A DNA stretch of 64,000 nucleotides from Clostridia bacterium (GCA_045537285.1 JAZSPC010000052.1:1873-65872), one strand, 5' to 3'. Positions 27,184-40,040 are shown, counted from the first letter of the stretch. Notes: a model not told the origin generated them from the letters alone. Program-made: numbers and translations.

Positions 27184-28533
27184 CTACATCATGCCTTTAA
27201 GTTGGTTAATATCCATACCTTTAAGCATTTTATTCATTCCACCTTTTTGACTTTTCATTTTTTTCATCATTGTTTGTGTCATTTCAAAAGATTTCATGAA
27301 TTTATTTACTTCTTGTACTGTTGTACCAGAACCTTTTGCTATTCTTAATCTTCTACTTCCATTTAATATTTTAGGATTTCTTCTTTCTTTCTTAGTCATA
27401 GAACATATAATAGCTTCTATTCTTACAAATTCTTTATCATCAACCTTAACATCTTTTAACCCATTCATACCTGGTATCATTTTTAATAATCCTGAAAAAG
27501 AACCCATTTTTTTAATTTGTCTTAGTTGTGACAAATAATCATCTAAATCAAATTCTTGTTTTCTTAATTTTTGTTCTAATTTTTCTGCTTCTTCAATATC
27601 AAATGCTTCTTCTGCTTTCTCAATTACTGAAAGTATATCTCCCATTCCAAGTATTCTTGATGCCATTCTTTCTGGATGGAAGTTTTCTATATCATTTAGT
27701 TTTTCACCTGTTGCCGCAAATTTTATTGGTCTTCCTGTAACTTCTTTAACTGATAACGCTGCACCACCACGAGTATCACCATCAAGTTTTGTAAGTATTA
27801 CACCATCTATTCCTATATTCTCATTAAATGATGAAGCAACATTTACTGCATCCTGACCTGTCATACTATCTACTACTAATAGTATTTCATGTGGTTTTAC
27901 ATTTGATTTTACATTTTTTAATTCTTGCATTAATTCTTCATCTATATGAAGACGACCAGCTGTATCTAGTATAACTACATCATTCATTTTTGATATTGCT
28001 AAGTTCATTGCTTGTTTTGCAATATGCACTACATCTTTTGAATTTTCGTTAGCGTGTACTGGTATATTTAATTGATTTCCAATTACCTGTAATTGTTTTA
28101 TAGCAGCTGGACGATATACGTCACAAGCTACTAATAATGGCTTTTTACCTTGTTTTCTAAGTAAATTTGCAAGTTTTCCTGCTGTTGTTGTTTTACCAGA
28201 ACCTTGAAGACCAACTAACATTATTACTGTTGGTGGGTTTGGTGTAAAATTAATTTTACTTTCTGTTCCACCTAATAATTCTACAAGTTCGTCTTTTACA
28301 ATTTTAATAACTTGTTGCCCTGGTGTTAAAGATTTTAATACATCTTGGCCTACTGCTTTTTCTTGTATCGTGTTTATAAATTGTTTTACTATTTTATAGT
28401 TAACATCTGCTTCTAACAATGCAAGTTTAACTTCTCTAAGCATTTCTTTTAAGTCTGATTCTGATATTCTTGCTTGCCCTTTTAATTTTCTAGTTATTTC
28501 TTGTAATCTTGATGATAAACCTTCAAAAGCCAT
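27184..28533 (-). CDS. ffh: Signal recognition particle protein Ffh
   Basis: 449 aa. Motifs GLQGSGKTTT, DTAGR, TKLDGD. Met-rich M domain. Confidence 0.97.
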   Translation of the reverse strand: MAFEGLSSRLQEITRKLKGQARISESDLKEMLREVKLALLEADVNYKIVKQFINTIQEKAVGQDVLKSLTPGQQVIKIVKDELVELLGGTESKINFTPNPPTVIMLVGLQGSGKTTTAGKLANLLRKQGKKPLLVACDVYRPAAIKQLQVIGNQLNIPVHANENSKDVVHIAKQAMNLAISKMNDVVILDTAGRLHIDEELMQELKNVKSNVKPHEILLVVDSMTGQDAVNVASSFNENIGIDGVILTKLDGDTRGGAALSVKEVTGRPIKFAATGEKLNDIENFHPERMASRILGMGDILSVIEKAEEAFDIEEAEKLEQKLRKQEFDLDDYLSQLRQIKKMGSFSGLLKMIPGMNGLKDVKVDDKEFVRIEAIICSMTKKERRNPKILNGSRRLRIAKGSGTTVQEVNKFMKSFEMTQTMMKKMKSQKGGMNKMLKGMDINQLKGMM

Positions 28534-28565
28534 TTATCTTTCTCCCTTCATTTAAAGGATTTTTT

Positions 28566-28913
28566 CTAAACTATTTCTGCTAATTCGTTTTTTATGTTTT
28601 CAAGTATTTCAGCTATTTCTTCATCTGAGTTTTGTGTGTTTATTGTGGCAATTTGTGCTAGTATTTTTCCTATTTTCTTTTCTGTATTAATTGTCGTTTT
28701 CATGATTTGTAGCTTTTCCTCGTATTCGAAAAGTTTATTTTCCCCCTTCTTTATATTATCTCTAGCTGCTTGCCTTGTAATTCCATAATTTTCTGCAAGT
28801 TCTGCCAAAGATAAATCATTATTGTAGTAATCATTAATATATTCAAATTGTTTTTCAGTTAAAAGCTTACCATATATTTGGCATAACATACTTATCTCAA
28901 TTTTTTTATCCAT
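28566..28913 (-). CDS. ylxM: YlxM/UPF0122 putative HTH protein
   Basis: 115 aa. Sigma-70 region-4-like HTH LSLAELAENYGITRQAARDNIK. Upstream of ffh. Confidence 0.85.
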   Translation of the reverse strand: MDKKIEISMLCQIYGKLLTEKQFEYINDYYNNDLSLAELAENYGITRQAARDNIKKGENKLFEYEEKLQIMKTTINTEKKIGKILAQIATINTQNSDEEIAEILENIKNELAEIV

Positions 28914-28943
28914 GATTACCTCCTTTTAATGTAATGCTATAAT

Positions 28944-28972
28944 ACTTTACACCATTTTTACTGATTTGTCAA
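28944..28972 (-). promoter_or_regulatory. Candidate promoter of the ylxM-ffh operon
   Basis: Minus strand reads TTGACA - 17 nt - TAAAGT. Confidence 0.45.
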
Positions 28973-29051
28973 GTGAAAAGTATAAAATAGTAGAAAAAAA
29001 GTATAATTTACATTACTTTTAGTCTATAATATATTACGTTTATATAATATA

Positions 29052-29102
29052 AAGCCAGCTTGTATAAATTATCTTTTTTAAATAACTTATATAAGCTGGC
29101 TT
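29052..29102 (-). terminator. Long hairpin after the 153-aa coiled-coil gene
   Basis: aagccagcttgtataa / ttatataagctggctt stem. The T-run is better on the plus side. Confidence 0.5.
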
Positions 29103-29123
29103 CTTTTTAGTGAAAAATTGATA

Positions 29124-29585
29124 TTAGTTCATAGCAAAAAGTTTAGCATTTTTACTATAATCTTCTAAAACCGAGATTCTAATATCATGATTAAAAGTTT
29201 TTGTATTTAAAGAAACAATACTTTTTTCGAATACATCGTGTTTTTCATTGTTAGCTGCAATTGCATCAAATAAAGTATCAATTTTTTTGTTGATTTCATA
29301 ATCAAACTTTGTAAAATTTTGATTTAAATAGTTGACAACTTCTCCGGTGTCTTTAACTTCCATTTCTAAATTGCCTAATCTTTTGTTAGTATCTTTGATT
29401 TCTGTTTTTAAGCTACCAACCTCTGTTTTCAAACCACTTACTTCTGTTTCTAGATTAATAAATTTAGTTTCTAATATATCTAGTTTCTCTAAAATAACAT
29501 CTTTAATAACTTTATCAGTATTAGTAGCCTTATTATCTAATGCATTTAGTTTCTCTAAAACAATTTCTTCAAATTCTTTTGACAT
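29124..29585 (-). CDS. Coiled-coil protein with short internal repeats
   Basis: 153 aa. LETEVSGLKTEVGSLKTEIKDTNKRLGNLEMEVKDT. AGGAGG RBS. Confidence 0.5.
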   Translation of the reverse strand: MSKEFEEIVLEKLNALDNKATNTDKVIKDVILEKLDILETKFINLETEVSGLKTEVGSLKTEIKDTNKRLGNLEMEVKDTGEVVNYLNQNFTKFDYEINKKIDTLFDAIAANNEKHDVFEKSIVSLNTKTFNHDIRISVLEDYSKNAKLFAMN

Positions 29586-29720
29586 ATTTTTTACCTCCTT
29601 TCTTAAAATTTATATGCATTATATATTTGATTAATTTCAGTGTCAATATTTTTTATTTATTTTATGACAAGATTCTTTCGACAAATTTTGCATAAAACAA
29701 AAACCTTAATACTGTATTTG

Positions 29721-30431
29721 TTATAAATTCAAATCTTCTCTTATATATATTTCATTTTGTAATATATTTGTTTTTACATATCCTATTTTACCATTCTTTG
29801 TTCTTATTTTTGACCAGTTATTTTCTAGGTGTTCTATAACAACAACTTTTTCTGCCTTTTGTAATTTATCAACTGTTGTTGAATAAGCTGTTGTTTTATA
29901 TTTTACACTACAATTCTTTGAAATATCTGCTTTTACAATTTTTTTTATTCTTGAATCTATTAATAAAATTTTTTCATCTTCTATATATTCTATATCTACT
30001 TCATATATTTTTTCCATTGCAGTTATAGGTATATAGTATGTCCCATCTTTTTCTACCGCACCTGATAACACATCTTGTTTTCTATTATTTATATATATAA
30101 TATTTTTATCTATTGGTAGTTTTACTTCTTTTTCTCCATAAGTAGTTATTATTTGCTTATTTCCCTCATCATAAGTTACAGAATTATCAAAATAACCTGC
30201 TATATCTTCTATACTAATATATATTACTTTTTTATTGTTGATAAATAATTCATGTTTTAAATTCTTAGTAATATTTTCATTATCTATAATTAGATTTATT
30301 TTATCTTCTATATAATAATCATCACTTTTTTCATAATTAGGAGCTATACTAAATACAATTATTAAAGATATTAGATATACGATTACTTTTATTAATTTAC
30401 TTTGTTTTTTACTTTTTTTCTTTTTAGGCAT
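29721..30431 (-). CDS. Membrane-anchored protein with a copper-amine-oxidase-N-like 'stalk' domain and a C-terminal SH3b-like domain
   Basis: 236 aa. Lys-rich N-terminus plus a TM segment. C-terminal NNWSKIRTKNGKIGYVKTN. Confidence 0.5.
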   Translation of the reverse strand: MPKKKKSKKQSKLIKVIVYLISLIIVFSIAPNYEKSDDYYIEDKINLIIDNENITKNLKHELFINNKKVIYISIEDIAGYFDNSVTYDEGNKQIITTYGEKEVKLPIDKNIIYINNRKQDVLSGAVEKDGTYYIPITAMEKIYEVDIEYIEDEKILLIDSRIKKIVKADISKNCSVKYKTTAYSTTVDKLQKAEKVVVIEHLENNWSKIRTKNGKIGYVKTNILQNEIYIREDLNL

Positions 30432-30597
30432 TTTATTTCTCCAATAATATTTTTTCTCAATATATCATAATTTACTTTTTTATGGAATATCTACAATAAA
30501 AATATTTTTTATATTTTTTTCGTCAAAATATTTTATTTTAAACAGTATTATGTTATAATTTATATGTAATGTGTATTTTATTAGGAGGTAAAAAATT

Positions 30598-31017
30598 ATG
30601 TGGCAATTTTGGATTATAATAGCAGGAATATTCTTTGTTATTGAAATGGCTACTGTTGGCTTCTTAGTTTTTTGGTTTGGTATTGGTGCATTAGCTGCCA
30701 TGGTTGTAAGTCTATTTACAACTAATATTGCAATTCAAACAGCTGTATTCGTTATATCATCAGCAATATTACTTTTCTTTACTCGACCACTCGTTAACAA
30801 ATTTATAAAAAATGATGAAGAAGTACAAACAAATGCTTATTCTATTATAGGTAAAAAAGGTATTGTAATAAAAGAAATAGACCCTATTTTAGGTCAAGGT
30901 CAAGTAAAAATCGGTACTGAAATTTGGTCAGCCAAAACTTTAAATGATAAAAAAATTAAAGAAGGTACTCAAATAGAAGTTACTCAAATAGATGGTGTTA
31001 AAGCCGTAGTTGAATAA
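30598..31017 (+). CDS. NfeD-family membrane protein
   Basis: 139 aa. Two or three TM segments plus a C-terminal OB-like GQVKIGTEIWSAK. Directly upstream of the SPFH gene. Confidence 0.8.
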   Translation: MWQFWIIIAGIFFVIEMATVGFLVFWFGIGALAAMVVSLFTTNIAIQTAVFVISSAILLFFTRPLVNKFIKNDEEVQTNAYSIIGKKGIVIKEIDPILGQGQVKIGTEIWSAKTLNDKKIKEGTQIEVTQIDGVKAVVE

Positions 31018-31066
31018 GTTTTTAATATTTTAATATAAATAAAAATTTTTAAGGAGGAAAAATTTT

Positions 31067-31966
31067 ATGACATTTTTATTAATTTTATTAGTAATCATCG
31101 CAGTCATAGCATTCAAATCAATCAAGATTGTTAAACAATCAGAAGTTTACGTTATAGAAAGGTTAGGAAAATTTCACAAAATAGCTGATGCTGGTCTTAC
31201 AATTATAGTTCCTTTTATGGACCAAGTTCGTTCAGTTGTTAGTTTAAAACAACAAACAATGGACGTTCCACCACAAGGTGTTATTACACAAGACAACGTT
31301 ACAATTACAATTGATACAGTTGTTTTCTACAAAATTACAGACCCTGCAAAAGCAGTTTACGAAATTCAATCTTTGAAAAAAGGTATTGAATACCTAGCTA
31401 TCACAACAATCCGTGATATCGTTGGTAAAATGGATTTAGATGAAACATTTAGTTCAAGAGATGCTATTAATGACCAATTAAGAGTAATCTTAGATGAAGC
31501 TACTGACCCTTGGGGATGTAAAGTAGACAGAGTTGAAATCAAAGACATCACTCCACCTTCTGACATTAGAGATGCGATGGAAAAACAAATGAATGCTGAA
31601 AGAAATAAAAGAGCATTAATATTACAAGCAGAAGGTGAAAGACAATCTGCAATTACAATAGCAGAAGGACAAAAAGAAGCTGCTATATTACAAGCTGATG
31701 CTGATAGAGAAGCTAGAATTAGAAGAGCAACTGGTGAAGCTGATGCAATTCAAAAAATAGCTGATGCAAAAGCAAAAGAAATCGAATTAGTTTATGGAGC
31801 TTTAAAAGCTGCAAAACCAGATGATAAAATCATTCAATTAAAATCATTAGAAACTTTAAAAGAAGTTGCAAATGGTGCAGCAAACAAAGTATTTATTCCA
31901 TTTGATGCTACATCTACATTAAGTAGCTTGGGTGCAATAAAAGAAGTTATGAAAGATAATAAATAA
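31067..31966 (+). CDS. SPFH/band-7 (stomatin/prohibitin-like) protein
   Basis: 299 aa. N-terminal TM segment, QSEVYVIERLGKF, and an Ala/Glu-rich coiled coil (AERNKRALILQAEGERQ). Confidence 0.9.
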   Translation: MTFLLILLVIIAVIAFKSIKIVKQSEVYVIERLGKFHKIADAGLTIIVPFMDQVRSVVSLKQQTMDVPPQGVITQDNVTITIDTVVFYKITDPAKAVYEIQSLKKGIEYLAITTIRDIVGKMDLDETFSSRDAINDQLRVILDEATDPWGCKVDRVEIKDITPPSDIRDAMEKQMNAERNKRALILQAEGERQSAITIAEGQKEAAILQADADREARIRRATGEADAIQKIADAKAKEIELVYGALKAAKPDDKIIQLKSLETLKEVANGAANKVFIPFDATSTLSSLGAIKEVMKDNK

Positions 31967-31967
31967 T

Positions 31968-31997
31968 AAAAATCTCGGGTTTACCGAGATTTTTTAT
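31968..31997. terminator. Bidirectional terminator
   Basis: aatctcgg-gttta-ccgagatt stem with flanking A- and T-runs. Confidence 0.75.
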
Positions 31998-32004
31998 TTT
32001 ATTT

Positions 32005-32391
32005 TCATGTATTCACAGCTATAATGCCTCCTACAATACCAGCTATAATACCTACTATAATCATTCCAATTGTATATCCATTTAGTGCAAACCCTGTATT
32101 TAAAGAACTAGAAATTATATATAGTAATATTACATATACGCCTCCTATTATAGCGCCATTTATCAAGCCGTTTTTTGATGTTTTCTTCATACTTATAATC
32201 GCACCTATTAATATGCTCACAAATGTTAAAACTATTATTACAGTTGGTATTACAGACTCTGAAATATTTGTATATGTTAATAATATTGAAAACAAAAATA
32301 AACTTACGAGTGTAACAATAAATGAAATCATCAGCCCTTTAATTATTTTAATAGGTACACTGTTATTTTTCTCTACTTGAATATTATTCAT
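32005..32391 (-). CDS. Small four-TM membrane protein (TIGR04086/YrzE-like)
   Basis: 128 aa. Pattern …LMISFIVTLVSLFLFSILLTYTNISE…KNGLINGAIIGG…. Confidence 0.55.
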   Translation of the reverse strand: MNNIQVEKNNSVPIKIIKGLMISFIVTLVSLFLFSILLTYTNISESVIPTVIIVLTFVSILIGAIISMKKTSKNGLINGAIIGGVYVILLYIISSSLNTGFALNGYTIGMIIVGIIAGIVGGIIAVNT

Positions 32392-32448
32392 TTAAACTCC
32401 TTCTCCTTTCTTAAAAACATTTTATGATGGTTTAATTATATTTAGAAT

Positions 32449-32485
32449 AAAAAATAACAAGTGTATTTAACACTTGTTATTTTTA
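32449..32485 (-). terminator. Terminator after the WG-repeat gene
   Basis: aataacaagtg / cacttgttatt stem followed by a T-run. Confidence 0.75.
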
Positions 32486-32521
32486 TTGTTTAAACTTCAT
32501 TGTTTACTATATTTAAATTTT

Positions 32522-33952
32522 CTACTCTGTACCACTTACTTCATTTGTTGTTATGTTTGTATCAATAGCATTTCCTATTGAGTTTTCTAAATCTTCGCTT
32601 GGAGTGTCTTCAACTTTTTCTTTGATTAATCCAACATCTATTAACCTTTTAATAAGGTCTATCTCTTCTCCGTTATATAGCATAAAATATTTTTCTTCTT
32701 TATCTATTCCATTTATTGCATATATTCCTTCAACCGCTATTGGAACTAATTCTCTTCCATTTACATCTAATAGTCCATATTTATCTACTTTCTTTACTAT
32801 TACTCCATTTGCTCTTTCTATTACAATAACCGGTTGTACAACCTCTTTAACTCCATCTATCTCTATGCTATTTGAATTATATCCAAGCTCATCATATTCC
32901 ACATTAAATACTAGATTTCCGTTTACATTAAATGCTCCCCATTTTTTATCTTTGCATACAGGTATTAATTGATTTAGCAATAAATATCTATTATCTACTA
33001 CACTACTATTATTTAATCCTATACTATCATATTCAGGATAAATAACTGATCTTCCTTCACTTGATACCACTCCATATTTTCTGCCTTGCTCTACTATATA
33101 TAATCCATATTCTTTACTTAATAAAGATATAGAATCATACATTGGGTCTATTTGAGTTGTACCATCTAAATTAATAACTCCCACTTTGTTTGAACTATCT
33201 GTAACAAAAAATTGTTGCGTATTTTCATAAAATTTAATTGATGAATATCTATCTAAAACAATTTCTTTACTATTATTTGTATCTATTATTTTATACAAAC
33301 CGCCTTCTTTCTTTACTATTAAGCATCCATATAGTAAGGCTTTTTGGTTATTAAAACTTTGATCTTTTATCTCTACATAACCCCAATTGGTTACGTTAGT
33401 ATTATATATACTTATTAAATAATTTAATGTATATATTTGAAAATCATTACTTGTTTCAGATATTAAAACATTAAATGCTCTTGATACTGCCTCTATTGAA
33501 GCATACATAACTCCATTTATCTCTTTTGTAGGAGTTGATAATGTATGTACTTCATATTGTTCATTTTGCTCATTAATAGGTAATTTATATATTTTTTTAT
33601 CATTTAAATAAAAACTAGTAGTTTCTTTATCGCCTTCAACATAGCACTTATCGTTTTCTATTATTGACGATTTATATTCTCCTCTGTGATATTCATATCT
33701 AACAATTTTAGCAAATTGTTCTATATTTATATATGTTATACCATCTATTGTAGTTAATAATGTAGTCCTATCAACATCAGCAACCACTTGTCCATCTGCA
33801 TATATCTTAAATGTCGTTTGCTTTGTATTCATTAATAATATTATTAATAAAATTATTATTAATATTATACAAGCTATAATAGCAAGTAAAACCTTTGAAG
33901 ATGTACTCATGCCTTTCTTTACATTTCTTGTTTCTTCATCATTCCATCCCAT
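32522..33952 (-). CDS. Membrane-anchored WG-repeat (KWG) protein
   Basis: Probable start at ATG 33952 (GAGGAAG RBS; abuts the tgt stop). Repeats KYGVVSSEGRSVIYPEYDSI, KWGAFNVNGNLVFNVEYD, KYGLLDVNGRELVP. Confidence 0.7.
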   Translation of the reverse strand: MGWNDEETRNVKKGMSTSSKVLLAIIACIILIIILLIILLMNTKQTTFKIYADGQVVADVDRTTLLTTIDGITYINIEQFAKIVRYEYHRGEYKSSIIENDKCYVEGDKETTSFYLNDKKIYKLPINEQNEQYEVHTLSTPTKEINGVMYASIEAVSRAFNVLISETSNDFQIYTLNYLISIYNTNVTNWGYVEIKDQSFNNQKALLYGCLIVKKEGGLYKIIDTNNSKEIVLDRYSSIKFYENTQQFFVTDSSNKVGVINLDGTTQIDPMYDSISLLSKEYGLYIVEQGRKYGVVSSEGRSVIYPEYDSIGLNNSSVVDNRYLLLNQLIPVCKDKKWGAFNVNGNLVFNVEYDELGYNSNSIEIDGVKEVVQPVIVIERANGVIVKKVDKYGLLDVNGRELVPIAVEGIYAINGIDKEEKYFMLYNGEEIDLIKRLIDVGLIKEKVEDTPSEDLENSIGNAIDTNITTNEVSGTE

Positions 33953-33953
33953 A

Positions 33954-35096
<1,143 letters not shown>

Positions 35097-36119
35097 CTAT
35101 TGTATAAACATTGCATCTCCAAAACTAAAAAATCTATACTTTTCTTTTACAGCTTCTTCGTAAGCACTCATTATGTAGTCTTTTCCTGCTAACGCTGATA
35201 CTAGCATTAATAGTGTTGATTCTGGTAAATGGAAGTTTGTTATAAGTGCATCAACACATTTAAATTTATATCCTGGATAAATAAATATATTAGTATCTCC
35301 TTCAACTTCTCTTACTAGTCCTTGTTCATTAGCTACACTTTCTAGCACTCTTGTAGAGGTTGTCCCAACACTTATAATTCTTCCACCATTTTTCTTTGTT
35401 TTGTTTATCTTTTCTACATCTTCTGGTTTTATATAAAAATGTTCTGTATGCATATGATGATCTTCTATTTTCTCTACTTTTACTGGTCTAAAAGTTCCTA
35501 TTCCAACATGAAGTGTTACATTTGCAATTTCCACACCTTTTTCTTTTATCTTTTCTAAAAGTTCATCTGTAAAATGTAGTCCTGCTGTTGGTGCAGCAGC
35601 TGACCCTTTATATTTTGCATATACAGTTTGATATCTGTCTTTTTCTTTTAATTCTTCATGTATATATGGTGGTAATGGCATTAATCCTATTTGGTCTAAT
35701 ATCTCATTAAATATACCGTTATATGTAAATTTAACTTTTCTTGTCCCACCTTCCATTAATTCTAATATTTCTGCTGTTAATAATCCATCTCCAAAGATTA
35801 CTTTTGTTCCTACATGAAGTTTATTTCCTGGTCTTACAATACTTTCCCAGATATCACCTTCAATATTATTTAAAAGTAAAAACTCAACATTTGCTCCTGT
35901 TTCTTTTTTTCCATAAATTCTAGCTGGTAACACCTTTGTATTATTTCTTACTAAACAATCTCCTGGTTTTAAATAATCTAATATATCTTTAAATATTTTG
36001 TGTTCTATTGTTTTATTTTCTCTATCTAATACCAAAAGTCTTGATTCATCTCTTTTTGCAATTGGTACTTGTGCTATTAATTCTTCTGGTAAATTATAGT
36101 AAAATTCTTTTAGGTCCAT
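35097..36119 (-). CDS. queA: S-adenosylmethionine:tRNA ribosyltransferase-isomerase
   Basis: 340 aa. Motifs [38 protein letters not shown]. Confidence 0.96.
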   Translation of the reverse strand: MDLKEFYYNLPEELIAQVPIAKRDESRLLVLDRENKTIEHKIFKDILDYLKPGDCLVRNNTKVLPARIYGKKETGANVEFLLLNNIEGDIWESIVRPGNKLHVGTKVIFGDGLLTAEILELMEGGTRKVKFTYNGIFNEILDQIGLMPLPPYIHEELKEKDRYQTVYAKYKGSAAAPTAGLHFTDELLEKIKEKGVEIANVTLHVGIGTFRPVKVEKIEDHHMHTEHFYIKPEDVEKINKTKKNGGRIISVGTTSTRVLESVANEQGLVREVEGDTNIFIYPGYKFKCVDALITNFHLPESTLLMLVSALAGKDYIMSAYEEAVKEKYRFFSFGDAMFIQ

Positions 36120-36184
36120 TTCTATTTTCCTTTCTATTTTTACCTAAATATTATACTAAATTTTTAAGTATTATACAAGTATAA

Positions 36185-36218
36185 ATATGAAAATAAGGTG
36201 GCAATTGCCACCTTATTT
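36185..36218 (-). terminator. Terminator overlapping the stop of the 100-aa ORF
   Basis: aaataaggtggcaattgccaccttattt, a perfect palindrome. Confidence 0.7.
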
Positions 36219-36515
36219 AGTTTCTTCTGGAAAGTATTGGTATACCATATTGTGTCCGATTCCAATAATAACTAATGCCTCCGTTTTAGGTTTAAAATCA
36301 GATTTACTTTTGACTTTTTCTCCATTTTGAATAACGATTACATTTTTTGCATCAAATGCTTCATTAATTTCATGTAAATTCACATTACAATCTTCAACAG
36401 ATACGCAAATGTTCATATCATCTACATTGTTGCGTAACCATGTCTTGTTTTCGTATTCGATGCTCCGTCTGTTCGAATCTTCCAATACCTTAATTACCCA
36501 TGTTGCATGTTCCAT
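36213..36515 (-). CDS. Hypothetical protein
   Basis: 100 aa from ATG 36515. The track start is a TTG inside the GGAGG RBS. No motif recognised. Confidence 0.4.
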   Translation of the reverse strand: MEHATWVIKVLEDSNRRSIEYENKTWLRNNVDDMNICVSVEDCNVNLHEINEAFDAKNVIVIQNGEKVKSKSDFKPKTEALVIIGIGHNMVYQYFPEETK

Positions 36516-36572
36516 AAAGAATACCTCCAAAAAAATTTTGTGAAGTAATTATATCACACATTATGTAACTTT

Positions 36573-36920
36573 TTAACTCTCTTTTATATTCTCCATTAAC
36601 TCCTTACAATCTTTCCAATTTATAAGATTAATTTGCTCATATTCTTTTTCTAACTTTTCAACTATTTTCTTTGTATTATCTTTTGAATTCAAATCTACAA
36701 CTAAAATATTTTTAACATCTTCTTTTCCATAAATAATTCTAAACAAAAGATTTCTTAAATAGCATTCTATACTTTCTTCTTGGTTCTTAACTGCAACCAT
36801 AAGGTATATTCCTTTTGAATTTAAATTCGTATATGTACAAATATATATAATATTTTTAATAATTTCAAATAAGCCGTAAATTGCCAAAGTCCATATTATT
36901 ACAGATATAAACGTTTCCAT
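36573..36920 (-). CDS. Hypothetical N-terminally anchored protein
   Basis: 115 aa with one TM segment. The soluble part faintly resembles the first beta-alpha-beta of GT2 enzymes (LVVDLNSKDNT). Confidence 0.4.
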   Translation of the reverse strand: METFISVIIWTLAIYGLFEIIKNIIYICTYTNLNSKGIYLMVAVKNQEESIECYLRNLLFRIIYGKEDVKNILVVDLNSKDNTKKIVEKLEKEYEQINLINWKDCKELMENIKES

Positions 36921-37031
36921 AAATTATCACCTTATATATTATATTATTTTTTAAAATTTTTGTGATTTTTGCTTTACTTATATGGGAACAATATAATATA
37001 ATACACTTGAAATTTTAGGAGGTATTAATAA

Positions 37032-39266
37032 ATGGAATTTAAACAATGGGAAGGATTTAATAAAGGAAATTGGACAGAAACTGTTGATGTTAGAGAATTT
37101 ATTCAAAAGAACTATACACCATATGAAGGTGATGATTCTTTTTTGGCTAATGCAACAGATAAAACAACAAAACTATGGAATATTGTTTTAGATTTATATA
37201 AAAAAGAAAAAGCAAATGGTGGAGTCTTAGATATTGATACAGATACAGTATCTACAATGACTAGCCATAATGCTGGATATATTCAAAAAGATTTAGAAGA
37301 AATTGTTGGTCTTCAAACAGATGCACCTTTAAAAAGAGCTATTATGCCTTTTGGTGGTATTAGAATAGTAGAAAAATCTTGTGAAGCATATGGAAGAAAA
37401 GTTTCACCAGAAGTTGAGCAAATTTTCCATAAGTATAGAAAAACACATAATGATGGTGTATTTGATGCATATACACCTGATGTAAGAGCTGCAAGAAGCT
37501 CTCACCTATTAACAGGTCTTCCTGATGGATATGGACGTGGAAGAATAATCGGTGATTACAGAAGAGTTGCTCTATACGGTGTAGATTTCTTAGTTGATAA
37601 GAAAAAAGAAAATTTAAAATATTATGACCCAGATTTATTTGATGAAGCAATAATTAGAGAGCGTGAAGAAATATCTGAACAAATTAAAGCATTAAATGAA
37701 TTAAAGCAAATGGCTGCAAGCTATGGATTTGATATTTCTGTTCCTGCTTCAAATGCCAAAGAAGCTATACAATGGACATATTTTGGATATTTAGGTGCAA
37801 TTAAAGAACAAAATGGTGCTGCAATGAGTTTAGGTAGAGTTTCTACTTTCTTAGATATATTTATAGAAAGAGATTTAGCAAATGGTACTTTAACAGAAGA
37901 ACAAGCACAAGAATTAATGGACCACTTTGTTATGAAATTAAGATTGGTAAGATTTTTAAGAACACCAGAATATGATGAATTATTCAGTGGAGACCCTGTT
38001 TGGGTTACAGAATCTATTGGCGGTATGGGAATTGATGGAAGAACATTAGTTACTAAAAACTCTTTTAGAATGCTTCATACATTAACAACATTGGGACCTG
38101 CGCCTGAACCAAACTTAACAGTTCTTTGGTCTACAAGATTACCAGAAGGATTTAAAAAATTCACATCTAGCCTATCTATTAAAACATCTTCTATTCAATA
38201 TGAAAACGATGATTTAATGATAAAATATTGGGGTGACGATTATGGAATAGCATGTTGTGTTTCTGCTATGGAAATTGGAAAACAAATGCAATTCTTTGGT
38301 GCTAGATGTAACTTAGCCAAAACTTTACTATATGCAATAAATGGTGGTAAAGACGAAATATCTGGTAAACAAGTAGCTCCAAAATTTGAAGGAATTACTT
38401 CTGAATATTTAGATTACAATGAAGTAATGGAAAAGTTCGAAAATATGATGGATTATGTTACAAGAATATATATTAAAGCATTAAATACTATTCATTATAT
38501 GCATGATAGATATTGCTACGAAAAACTAGAAATGGCTTTACATGATACTCATGTATTAAGAACTATGGCATGTGGTATTGCAGGTTTATCTGTTGTGGCA
38601 GATTCTTTAAGCGCAATCAAATATGCAAAAGTTAAAACAATTAGAAATGAAGATGGACTAGTTGTTGATTACGAAGTTGAAGGTGATTACCCTAAATTTG
38701 GTAATGATGATGACAGAGTAGATGATATAGCTGTTGATTTAGTAAGAATATTTATCAAAAAATTAAGAAAACACAAAACATATAGAAATGCAAAAACAAC
38801 AATGTCAATATTAACTATAACTTCTAATGTTGTTTATGGTAAAAATACTGGTAATACTCCTGATGGAAGACGTGCAGGTAGCCCATTTGGACCTGGTGCT
38901 AACCCATTACACGGTAGAGATACTCATGGTGCTCTTGCAGTGTTAAACTCAATATCAAAATTACCATATAAACATTCAGAAGATGGTATTTCATACACAT
39001 TCTCTATTACTCCAAAAACATTAGGAAAAACTGATGAAGATAGAGTAAACAACTTAGTTACAATGCTTGATGGTTTCTTTGAAAAAGAAGGGCATCATAT
39101 AAATGTAAACGTATTTGACAGAGAATTATTATTAGATGCTATGGATCATCCTGAAAAATATCCTCAACTTACAATTAGAGTTTCTGGATATGCTGTTAAC
39201 TTCACAAAATTAACTCGTGAACAACAATTAGATGTTATTAACAGAACAATACACGAATCTATATAA
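37032..39266 (+). CDS. pflB: Pyruvate formate-lyase (formate C-acetyltransferase)
   Basis: 744 aa. Active-site Cys pair IACCVSAM. Glycyl-radical motif RVSGYAV near the C-terminus. Confidence 0.97.
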   Translation: MEFKQWEGFNKGNWTETVDVREFIQKNYTPYEGDDSFLANATDKTTKLWNIVLDLYKKEKANGGVLDIDTDTVSTMTSHNAGYIQKDLEEIVGLQTDAPLKRAIMPFGGIRIVEKSCEAYGRKVSPEVEQIFHKYRKTHNDGVFDAYTPDVRAARSSHLLTGLPDGYGRGRIIGDYRRVALYGVDFLVDKKKENLKYYDPDLFDEAIIREREEISEQIKALNELKQMAASYGFDISVPASNAKEAIQWTYFGYLGAIKEQNGAAMSLGRVSTFLDIFIERDLANGTLTEEQAQELMDHFVMKLRLVRFLRTPEYDELFSGDPVWVTESIGGMGIDGRTLVTKNSFRMLHTLTTLGPAPEPNLTVLWSTRLPEGFKKFTSSLSIKTSSIQYENDDLMIKYWGDDYGIACCVSAMEIGKQMQFFGARCNLAKTLLYAINGGKDEISGKQVAPKFEGITSEYLDYNEVMEKFENMMDYVTRIYIKALNTIHYMHDRYCYEKLEMALHDTHVLRTMACGIAGLSVVADSLSAIKYAKVKTIRNEDGLVVDYEVEGDYPKFGNDDDRVDDIAVDLVRIFIKKLRKHKTYRNAKTTMSILTITSNVVYGKNTGNTPDGRRAGSPFGPGANPLHGRDTHGALAVLNSISKLPYKHSEDGISYTFSITPKTLGKTDEDRVNNLVTMLDGFFEKEGHHINVNVFDRELLLDAMDHPEKYPQLTIRVSGYAVNFTKLTREQQLDVINRTIHESI

Positions 39267-39320
39267 AAATACAATATGGGCAGGCATCTTACCTGCCCTA
39301 CATTTTATTAGGAGATTTAA

Positions 39321-40040
39321 ATGGATAAAAGAAATTATGCTAAAATTCATTCAATAGAAACTTTTGGTACAGTTGATGGGCCTGGTGTTAGGTTTGTTAC
39401 TTTCTTTCAAGGTTGTAATTTACAATGTAAATACTGCCATAACCGAGATACTTGGGATATTAATGATGGTACATACATAAGTGTTGATGAATTATTTGAA
39501 AATATATTAAGATATAAAACATATATTATGCCTAATGGTGGTTTTACTGCTTCTGGTGGTGAACCTTTACTTCAACCATATTTTTTAATTTCTCTATTTA
39601 AAAAATTAAAAGATGCTGGAATACATACTGCAATAGATACTTCTGGTATGATAGAAATTACTGAGCCTATTAAAGAATTACTTTCTTTAACTGATTTAGT
39701 TTTACTTGATATAAAACATATTAATTCTGAGAAATCAAAAGATTTAATTGGCTTTTCTAATGAAAAAGAATTAGCTTTTGCAAGATATTTAAGTGATAAT
39801 AGTATACCTATTTGGATAAGACAAGTAATAATTCCAGGTATTACTGATAGTAAAGAAGATTTATTAGAACTAAAAAGATTTATCTTTTCTTTAAAAACTA
39901 TAAAAAAAGTGGAACTTCTTCCCTACCACAATTTAGGTAAGCATAAATGGGAAACATTGGGTTTTGAATATAAATTAAAAGATGTAAGAACTGCTAATGA
40001 TGAAGATATAAAAAGAGCAAAAGAAATTTTAGAAATTTAA
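39321..40040 (+). CDS. pflA: Pyruvate formate-lyase activating enzyme (radical SAM)
   Basis: 239 aa. Motifs GPGVRFVTFFQGCNLQCKYCHN and GGFTASGGEPLLQ. Confidence 0.95.
   Translation: MDKRNYAKIHSIETFGTVDGPGVRFVTFFQGCNLQCKYCHNRDTWDINDGTYISVDELFENILRYKTYIMPNGGFTASGGEPLLQPYFLISLFKKLKDAGIHTAIDTSGMIEITEPIKELLSLTDLVLLDIKHINSEKSKDLIGFSNEKELAFARYLSDNSIPIWIRQVIIPGITDSKEDLLELKRFIFSLKTIKKVELLPYHNLGKHKWETLGFEYKLKDVRTANDEDIKRAKEILEI

Noticed and set aside
30480-30701. 73-aa minus-strand ORF overlapping the nfeD start.
   Set aside because: It spans an intergenic promoter region and the nfeD 5' end. There is no RBS and the sequence is low-complexity.
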